Below are positions 49,793 to 56,759 of a stretch of 56,759 nucleotides of DNA, piece by piece. Made by a program: the position numbers and the translations under genes. Every line of letters starts with the position of its first letter. The first letter of the stretch is position 1. This stretch comes from Methylophaga sp. (GTDB lineage: Bacteria; Pseudomonadota; Gammaproteobacteria; Nitrosococcales; Methylophagaceae). A model generated the notes under the pieces. It saw nothing but the letters and a program-made list of their open reading frames with translations. It was not told where the DNA came from and searched no databases. Location of the stretch: contig JBFJJO010000001.1 of NCBI GenBank assembly GCA_041612215.1, positions 1 through 56,759 on the forward strand, given 5' to 3'.

Positions 49793-50642
49793 AAAAAGTC
49801 TCCGTTTCTAGGGCCTGGCGAAATGCAGGAGCAAAATGCCAAACGCCTTGCAGAACGCCGGCACTGTAATTACCGTTCATGCCCAGCGGCCCATCATCTC
49901 GGGCAATATAAAGCTGCTCCAAACAACCCGCATCGTTTGCTAATTGATACGCCAATGATTTAATTTCAGCACTGGCATTATTGACCAGAACGGATTGCAC
50001 CTGACTGGCCAGTACCGGCATATCGTTTCCGCTATCGCCTGCAAAAATCACTTCATTATGTTGGTATGCCAATTTCTTCTGTAAAAACTCAATGGCATGG
50101 AGTTTGGTGGCATGTTTCGGCAGGACATCAATCAGGCCCAAATTGGTCAACTCATCAATACTCCACATCACCGAAGCATCAATCCCTTCATCCTGTAGTC
50201 GCTGCTGCATGGCACTGATAACAGGTGTTTTGTCCTGATAAAGTGGCAGATAATAACTGAGTTTATGCGTGTTTTGCTTACTCAGTTCTTGCAATTTCAA
50301 GCCCTTGATGCCAGTGAGAATTTGTTTGAGATCCTGATGACGCCGACCTCGCCAGTCTTTGTCGATTTCCGTTTTCCAGTCACTGAGTTCCTGCCAACCT
50401 TGTTGTTGTTGATAAATCTTGGTGCCGACATCTGAAATCACATAATCCGGCTGCGGAAGCTGATAACTGCGAATGGCTTTTTCGACCAGCTGCCGGTGCC
50501 GGCCAGTAACGTAAACCAATGACACACTATCCTGCTCAGAAAAGGCCCGGAACCGTCTGCGGGCTTGCGGATGCTCGGGTTGCATACCATTGGGGATGAC
50601 CGTGCGATCCATATCCGTACATAACAATAGTCGATGGTTCAT
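49785..50642 (-). CDS. spp: Sucrose-phosphate phosphatase (HAD-IIB)
   Basis: CTDMDRT, VTGR, SDVGT, DVLPKHATK, AGDSGND. Follows sps. Confidence 0.87.
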   Translation of the reverse strand: MNHRLLLCTDMDRTVIPNGMQPEHPQARRRFRAFSEQDSVSLVYVTGRHRQLVEKAIRSYQLPQPDYVISDVGTKIYQQQQGWQELSDWKTEIDKDWRGRRHQDLKQILTGIKGLKLQELSKQNTHKLSYYLPLYQDKTPVISAMQQRLQDEGIDASVMWSIDELTNLGLIDVLPKHATKLHAIEFLQKKLAYQHNEVIFAGDSGNDMPVLASQVQSVLVNNASAEIKSLAYQLANDAGCLEQLYIARDDGPLGMNGNYSAGVLQGVWHFAPAFRQALETETFYD

Positions 50643-52789
50643 ACGGCGTGGTTTTCCTGCGAATTGTTTTCAAAAAAACGGTAATGCGCCAGCGCCTCAA
50701 GAATGCCAGCTGCATAAGCCGCCTTGGCAAAATAAATATGTGAGGTGTCTTCCAACTGCGACAACTCTTCGTGATGTCGATTGGATACCACAGCTGCAAG
50801 AGTATTACCCCGCATCATATCCTCATCAGCACCACTGCCGCCGGCAACAAACACCTGATTTAACGGTAATTGCCAGCGATCGGCAACATACCGGAGAGCC
50901 ATCCCTTTAGATGCACGAAGTGGCAAAATATCCAAAAACTGGCCAAATGCCATTTGCGGATGCACCGACTGTTCTTCGCGATGCAGCAGCCGTTTGATTT
51001 CCTCTAAATCAATCTGCTGCGGGTCGATGTAATAACTGAGTTTGAACTGACTTTGTTCTTCTTTGGGCTGACGACTCAATCCAGGCAAATCATCTAATAA
51101 TTGGCGGATTTTATGTGGTTGCCAGAGATGGTCAATATGTTTGGCCCAGCCGGTATCCGGGGTCAGTTTTGGCGCGTAATAAATTTCACTGCCAGAGCTG
51201 GTAATTAAAATATCAGGCTCTGGAATACCGTATTTTTTCATCAGTTTCAGCGCCTGATCCAGTCGCCGCCCGGTGGCAATGATAAACTTGGTCGTTTTAC
51301 GATGCTCACGCATCAACGCCAATAGCTGTTTTAGCGACGCTTCATCCCCAAGCAGGTTCAAATCCAAATCACTGACCATCGCCCGCTCAATCCGCGACAG
51401 CCCGCGCAGTGGGGTAGGCTGCACTAACTCACCATTGCGCAGAGCAATCGGCTCAATGAGTTCCAGATAACGCTGCGCATGGGCTTGCCATGAATAATGT
51501 GCATGCACACCTTTCAGGCCATTTTGCTGGCATTGTTGCCAGCGGAATTTATCTTCCAGCAATGTCAATATTGCAGCGCTGATAGTGCTGGTTTCCAGGG
51601 GATCAATCAGTTCACCGTTTTGGCAGTTGGCCATAATGTCGCGCGGCCCGCCATCTTCCGTGGCGACTATCGGCAGGCCACTGGCAGCCGCTTCAATCAG
51701 TGTCAGGCCAAAGGGTTCAGTGAGCGCAGGATTGACAAAAACCCCACCACTGGCTGCAGCGATCCGATAAATCTGGGCAACCTGATCACGACGGTGGTGT
51801 TTGGGCATCGCAACTTTGCCATATAAATCGTAACGATCCATCGCCACCAGTAACTCCTGAAACACCTCCCGTGCGCCACTTTCCAAATCATCAATGTCGT
51901 CACGGTTGCCGGCAATAATCAGTAAATTCGCCAATTGCTGTAGCTGTTTGCTTTCTCCAAAAGCCGTCATCAAACCCAAAATATTCTTGCGCTTATCGGG
52001 TCGCGACAAGGCCAGAATAAGTGGCTTGTCAGGGTCGGTCAGACTGCGGGTTAATGTCTCAAAAAGTTCAGTATGCTGCTCGTCACCGCGGGGTGGGATA
52101 AATTGCTGCACATTGGTACCCGGCGGAATGACGCGCATTTTTTCCGGCTGATAATGATCGTATAACTCGTATTGTTCTTCGATTTCCTGATGGGTGCTGG
52201 TAATCACTTGTTCGGCAGTTGCCAGGGTGATTTCCTCAGCTTCAATACGCCGGCTCATGTTGTAGAGTTGTTCCAATTGGGTGGTTTCTAAACCGCTGGC
52301 CAGCAGTCGCCTGCGTTTAACCCGCCCCAAAGAGTGTCCGGTGTGAATCAGGGCAATACCCAGTTGATTGGCGACATGCGCGCCAACAAGGCCAGCATCA
52401 GCATAATGACTGTGCAGCAAAGTTGGTAATTGACTTTGCTGACGAAAATAGCTGACCAGATTATCGGCAAAGCTGTCGAGATGATCCCACAACTGTTCTT
52501 TGGGCAAATAACCCCGAGGACCGGCCTCAATGCGAATAATATTGAACTTGTCGTTGATGGTTTCTTCAGCAACCGCATAGTCGTCGGCAACGGCTGTATC
52601 TTGAACACGCCGGGTAATTAATTCCACCTTGGCGACCTGAGGCTGCTCAGACAACGCCTGGGCCAATTCCAATACGTACAATGTTTGGCCACCCGTGTCA
52701 GCGTCACGGCCCAGTTCCAGATCTTCACCGCGGATCAATCCATGAACACTGATCAACGCGATGTAAAGCGGTGTTTTTTGGTCATTCAT
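50639..52789 (-). CDS. sps: Sucrose-phosphate synthase (GT4 + SPP-like domain)
   Basis: SVHGLIRG..LELGRDADTGGQ, HSHYADAG, TGHSLG, LSRPDKRKN, NPALTEPFGLTLIEAAA, C-terminal HAD-like domain. Confidence 0.95.
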   Translation of the reverse strand: MNDQKTPLYIALISVHGLIRGEDLELGRDADTGGQTLYVLELAQALSEQPQVAKVELITRRVQDTAVADDYAVAEETINDKFNIIRIEAGPRGYLPKEQLWDHLDSFADNLVSYFRQQSQLPTLLHSHYADAGLVGAHVANQLGIALIHTGHSLGRVKRRRLLASGLETTQLEQLYNMSRRIEAEEITLATAEQVITSTHQEIEEQYELYDHYQPEKMRVIPPGTNVQQFIPPRGDEQHTELFETLTRSLTDPDKPLILALSRPDKRKNILGLMTAFGESKQLQQLANLLIIAGNRDDIDDLESGAREVFQELLVAMDRYDLYGKVAMPKHHRRDQVAQIYRIAAASGGVFVNPALTEPFGLTLIEAAASGLPIVATEDGGPRDIMANCQNGELIDPLETSTISAAILTLLEDKFRWQQCQQNGLKGVHAHYSWQAHAQRYLELIEPIALRNGELVQPTPLRGLSRIERAMVSDLDLNLLGDEASLKQLLALMREHRKTTKFIIATGRRLDQALKLMKKYGIPEPDILITSSGSEIYYAPKLTPDTGWAKHIDHLWQPHKIRQLLDDLPGLSRQPKEEQSQFKLSYYIDPQQIDLEEIKRLLHREEQSVHPQMAFGQFLDILPLRASKGMALRYVADRWQLPLNQVFVAGGSGADEDMMRGNTLAAVVSNRHHEELSQLEDTSHIYFAKAAYAAGILEALAHYRFFENNSQENHAV

Positions 52790-52979
52790 GTTGCTGCGTT
52801 ACTCTCCCCTTATTGAGGCCAGCCCAGCGACGTTGAATAACAACGTATTACTTACCGGGCCAATAATCTCTATCATGTAAAACTACCTGCTCTCCCGCCG
52901 GATGACAAATGCAAAACACAAACTATTCGACAAACCATTGGTCGGAATGGACAGGTTGCCTTGTAATCAGGAAATTATT

Positions 52980-53792
52980 ATGACCAAATCATTCAAATTA
53001 ATACTGCTTAGCATCAGTTTACTAATGACATTGCCATCTGCTGGTTATGCCGATGAAACGCTGCAAGATATTATTAGCAGTGACCACCGCAGCAGCGAAA
53101 ATACGCTCCGGGACAACTATCGAAATCCACAGGCAACCCTGCAGTTTTTTGGCATCACCGCTGATATGCAGGTTGCTGAAATCTGGCCTGGTAAAGGCTG
53201 GTACACCGAAATTCTGGCGCCATGGTTAAAACAGGGTAAAGGCCAATTGATTGCGGCAGGCTTTCCCGCGGATATGGGACCGGAATGGCGAATGAATTTG
53301 CGTCAATCCTATAACGATTGGTTGGCTGCAAATCCCGACAGATTCGATCAAGTGAAAATTGTTGAGTTTGGCCCTGGTCATTGGCACATTGCCGACGATA
53401 ATTCGCTTGATGCGGTGCTGACCTTTCGTAATGTGCACAACTGGGTACAAGCAGATGTCGCTGACAATGCCTTTGACGCGATATTTAAAGCACTCAAACC
53501 CGGCGGCATTCTTGGCGTTACCGATCATCGGGCCAAACCGGGTAGCGATATGGATACCATGAAAAAATCCGGTTATCTGACGGAAGCGTTGGTCATTGAA
53601 TTGGCTGAAAAAGCCGGTTTTGTGCTGGCAGCCAAATCTGAAATCAATGCCAATCCAGCCGATGATACCAATCATCCCAATGGAGTCTGGAGCCTGCTGC
53701 CTAACTTACGCGTCGATGACGCTGATAAGGAACGCTACCGTCAAATCGGCGAAAGCGACCGCATGACATTAAAGTTCATCAAGCCCGAGTAG
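52980..53792 (+). CDS. Exported predicted class I SAM-dependent methyltransferase
   Basis: Signal peptide, RDNYRNP, EIWPGKGWYTEIL, LTFRNVHNW, LKPGG, SEINANP, IGESDRMTLKF. Confidence 0.85.
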   Translation: MTKSFKLILLSISLLMTLPSAGYADETLQDIISSDHRSSENTLRDNYRNPQATLQFFGITADMQVAEIWPGKGWYTEILAPWLKQGKGQLIAAGFPADMGPEWRMNLRQSYNDWLAANPDRFDQVKIVEFGPGHWHIADDNSLDAVLTFRNVHNWVQADVADNAFDAIFKALKPGGILGVTDHRAKPGSDMDTMKKSGYLTEALVIELAEKAGFVLAAKSEINANPADDTNHPNGVWSLLPNLRVDDADKERYRQIGESDRMTLKFIKPE

Positions 53793-53795
53793 GTC

Positions 53796-54521
53796 TTAAC
53801 CCAGATATAACAACTGATTCATCTTACTGATAGTGTCAGTGCGGATTTGTTTCGGGCAAACCCGCTCGCACTCACGGTAATTACTGCAGCTGCCAAAGCC
53901 TTCTGCTTCCATCCGGGCCAGCATTTTTGCCGGTCGTTTTTTATCCAGCTGCCCCTGCGGCAGACTGGATAAGTGGCTGACTTTGGCGGCAATAAACAAA
54001 GTTGCAGAAGCATTCGGACACACCGCCACACAGGCACCACAACCAATACAGGTTGCCGCATCAAAGGCTTTATCAGCCACCTGTTTGGCAACTGGTTGGG
54101 TATTAGCTTCCGGCGCTGCACCGGTGCGCACCGGAATATAACCACCCGCTTGAATGATCCTGTCAAAAGCACTGCGATCCACAACCAGATCTTTAATGAC
54201 CGGAAACGCAGCTGCCCGCCACGGTTCAATCCACAATTCATTCTGATCCCGGTAATCGCGCATATATTGCTGGCAGGTGGTGGTGGCTTTATGGCGGCCA
54301 TGTGGTTCACCATTAATGACCAGACTACAGCTACCGCAAATACCCTCACGACAATCATGATCAAACGCTACCGGTTGCTCGCCGGTTTCAATTAACTGTT
54401 CATTGAGGGCATCAAGCATTTCCAGAAACGATGAATCTTCGGCGACATCTAATTGATAACGAACAAATTCACCGGTTTCCTTCGGACTTGTCTGACGCCA
54501 GATATGCAAAATAAAATTCAT
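53796..54521 (-). CDS. sdhB: Succinate dehydrogenase/fumarate reductase Fe-S subunit
   Basis: [36 protein letters not shown]. Confidence 0.95.
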   Translation of the reverse strand: MNFILHIWRQTSPKETGEFVRYQLDVAEDSSFLEMLDALNEQLIETGEQPVAFDHDCREGICGSCSLVINGEPHGRHKATTTCQQYMRDYRDQNELWIEPWRAAAFPVIKDLVVDRSAFDRIIQAGGYIPVRTGAAPEANTQPVAKQVADKAFDAATCIGCGACVAVCPNASATLFIAAKVSHLSSLPQGQLDKKRPAKMLARMEAEGFGSCSNYRECERVCPKQIRTDTISKMNQLLYLG

Positions 54522-56458
54522 TGATAATTCCGTATGCCAGGACTGACAAAATCAAAATGTAACGGTTCTTTGACCAGAGAAGGTTCGCTAACGTTGCCGC
54601 TATAGCGCCAGGCTGAAACATAAGAAAAATCAATATCGCGGCGTTGTACTTCGCCGGTAGGCGTCAAATGTTCCACCCGGGCATGACATCCACAGGATTC
54701 TTCACGCTGCAAAGCATCCAGACACATCAGCTCCGCCAATTCCATAAAATCGGCCACTCGGCCGGCCCGCTCCAAAGTCTGATTGAATTGTTTGTCACTG
54801 CCTGTGACTTTGACTTCACGCCAGAATTGCTGGCGCAGCGTTTTAATGTCACCTAGCGCATTTTGCAGCGCCTCAGCGTTTCGCGCCATACCGTAGTTAT
54901 CCCACAACAGCTGGCCCACTTGACGATGGAAATAATCAGGAGTGTGTTTCGGTTCCGGCGCATTGAGTAATAAATCCAGCCGGGCTGAGGATTCAGCCAT
55001 GGCTTGCGCCACCTCAGGATAATCCGCATCCGCCAGCGGCTTTTGACGTGCTAAATAATCTGACACCGTCGCCGGCAAGATAAAATAGCCATCGGCGAGC
55101 CCCTGCATCAGAGCGCTGGCCCCCAGCCGATTGGCACCATGATCTGAAAAATTAGCTTCGCCACCGGCAAACAGGCCTTCAACACTGGTCATCAGGTTGT
55201 AATCGACCCACAGGCCGCCCATGGTGTAATGCACGGCTGGGTAAATACGCATCGGCACCTGCGTTGGATCTTCAGCGGTAATTCGCTGATACATATCAAA
55301 CAGATTGCCGTATTTCTCTTTAATCGCTTCACTGCCCTGCTCTTTTATTGCGTCGGTAAAGTCCAGGTAGACGCCCAGTTTCTGACCATTGATTTCATGG
55401 CCAACACCGCGACCTTCATCGCAGATATGTTTAACTGCCCGCGAAGCAATATCCCTTGGCACCAGATTACCGAATGCCGGATACATGCGTTCCAGAAAAT
55501 AATCGCGATCCAGCTCCAGAATATCCCGGGGGTCACGATCACAATCGGCTGGATTTTTCGGTGCCCAGATGCGGCCGTCGTTACGCAGTGATTCACTCAT
55601 CAAGGTCAGTTTTGATTGCAACTCACCGTGTTGTGGAATGCAGGTGGGGTGGATTTGCGTAAAACTGGGATTGGCAAACAAGGCACCGTGTTTATGGGCC
55701 CGCCAGATCGCCGAGGTATTGCAGCCCTTGGCATTGGTCGATAAATAGTAGGCATTACCATAACCACCGGTACACAGCAGCACACAATCAGCCAGATGCG
55801 CGGTCAGTTCCCCGGTCAGTAAATCGCGGGCAATAATGCCTTTGGCCTGACCATCAATTAAAATCAAATCCTGCATTTCGGTGCGTGAAAAATGCTCGAT
55901 ATGCTTTTCGGCAATTTGCCGGCTCATCGCCTGATAAGCACCGAGTAATAATTGCTGACCGGTTTGGCCTCGGGCATAAAATGTTCGTGAAACCTGCGCA
56001 CCACCAAAAGACCTATTCGCCAGATAACCGCTATATTCTCGGGCAAATGGCACACCTTGTGCCACTGCCTGGTCGATAATCGACGTACTCAATTCAGCCA
56101 GTCGGAATACATTCGATTCACGCGCCCGGAAATCGCCGCCTTTAATCATGTCGTAAAACAGCCGCCAGACACTGTCACCATCATTATGATAATTCTTGGC
56201 GGCATTAATCCCGCCCTGGGCGGCAATACTGTGAGCGCGGCGCGGGCTGTCCTGATAACAAAACGTTTTAACCTGATAACCCATTTCTGCAAGAGAAGCC
56301 GCAGCCGAAGCACCGGCAAGACCGGTGCCGACAACGATCACCCGATAATGTTTACGATTGGCAGGACTGACAATACGAAGATTGTATTTATGCTGCGTCC
56401 AGCGCTGATCCAAAGGCCCTTTGGGACATTGACCATCCAGTTGGATTTCATCGCTCAT
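54518..56458 (-). CDS. sdhA: Succinate dehydrogenase/fumarate reductase flavoprotein
   Basis: [48 protein letters not shown]. Confidence 0.96.
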   Translation of the reverse strand: MSDEIQLDGQCPKGPLDQRWTQHKYNLRIVSPANRKHYRVIVVGTGLAGASAAASLAEMGYQVKTFCYQDSPRRAHSIAAQGGINAAKNYHNDGDSVWRLFYDMIKGGDFRARESNVFRLAELSTSIIDQAVAQGVPFAREYSGYLANRSFGGAQVSRTFYARGQTGQQLLLGAYQAMSRQIAEKHIEHFSRTEMQDLILIDGQAKGIIARDLLTGELTAHLADCVLLCTGGYGNAYYLSTNAKGCNTSAIWRAHKHGALFANPSFTQIHPTCIPQHGELQSKLTLMSESLRNDGRIWAPKNPADCDRDPRDILELDRDYFLERMYPAFGNLVPRDIASRAVKHICDEGRGVGHEINGQKLGVYLDFTDAIKEQGSEAIKEKYGNLFDMYQRITAEDPTQVPMRIYPAVHYTMGGLWVDYNLMTSVEGLFAGGEANFSDHGANRLGASALMQGLADGYFILPATVSDYLARQKPLADADYPEVAQAMAESSARLDLLLNAPEPKHTPDYFHRQVGQLLWDNYGMARNAEALQNALGDIKTLRQQFWREVKVTGSDKQFNQTLERAGRVADFMELAELMCLDALQREESCGCHARVEHLTPTGEVQRRDIDFSYVSAWRYSGNVSEPSLVKEPLHFDFVSPGIRNYQ

Positions 56459-56759
56459 GGCGCGCTCCAGTAGGCCAACACCGGCACCACAGCAAAGCCG
56501 GCAGTTAACAGTGCCACCAGCGCCGTACTGAACCAGAGATATTGTTTTGAGGTTTTACCCAGTGTTTGTAAAACATTTGGTAATGAATGCCAAAGATGCA
56601 AAGCCATTAAAACGAGGCCGGCAAGATAGATATATAGTTGCCAGCCACTGGCAAATAACTGCTGCGTCTGATGATAAATATCAGCCCCACCAAATGACCA
56701 CATCTGCACCATATGCAAGACAATAAATAACAAAATCAGCGTGATCACCATCGATACCA
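56455..56759 (-). CDS. sdhC: Succinate dehydrogenase cytochrome b subunit (5' part outside the window)
   Basis: Hydrophobic helices with His ligands (FIVLHM, LHLWHS), LQTLG motif, overlaps the sdhA start. Confidence 0.8.
   Translation of the reverse strand, partial: VSMVITLILLFIVLHMVQMWSFGGADIYHQTQQLFASGWQLYIYLAGLVLMALHLWHSLPNVLQTLGKTSKQYLWFSTALVALLTAGFAVVPVLAYWSAP

Noticed and set aside
1-56759. CRISPR arrays, tRNA/rRNA, integron cassettes, prophage or defence genes
   Set aside because: No regularly spaced repeats or diagnostic motifs were seen by eye. A tool scan would be needed to exclude small RNAs.

Overview
Chromosomal window of a marine/halotolerant gammaproteobacterium. The sps-spp-fruK-ams operon, oadGAB and three-subunit SDH suggest a Methylophaga-like methylotroph (inference). 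Positions 1-14 kb form a visibly more AT-rich block. It starts with a decayed IS3-family element. A minus-strand chemosensory operon with a sigma28-type promoter follows (cheY-STAS-cheA-MCP-cheW-cheR-cheB). It continues into an accessory tail (parA-cheD-Ser kinase-MCP-STAS) that ends in a BLUF-REC-PP2C fusion, an apparent blue-light-gated partner-switching module. The rest is mostly metabolic and stress genes. These include an ATP-grasp ligase paired with an uncharacterised protein carrying a papain-like Q/C/H/N motif set, a molybdopterin oxidoreductase, RNase J, oadGAB, an ArsJ-type GAPDH without arsJ, alkB/ogt, marR-nemA, pirin/azoreductase/LysR, the AmmeMemoRadiSam trio and rimO. Near the end are CRY-DASH and a photolyase separated by a 264-bp MITE that supplies the photolyase start codon, sucrose synthesis genes and sdhCAB. 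No tRNA, rRNA or CRISPR array was seen.
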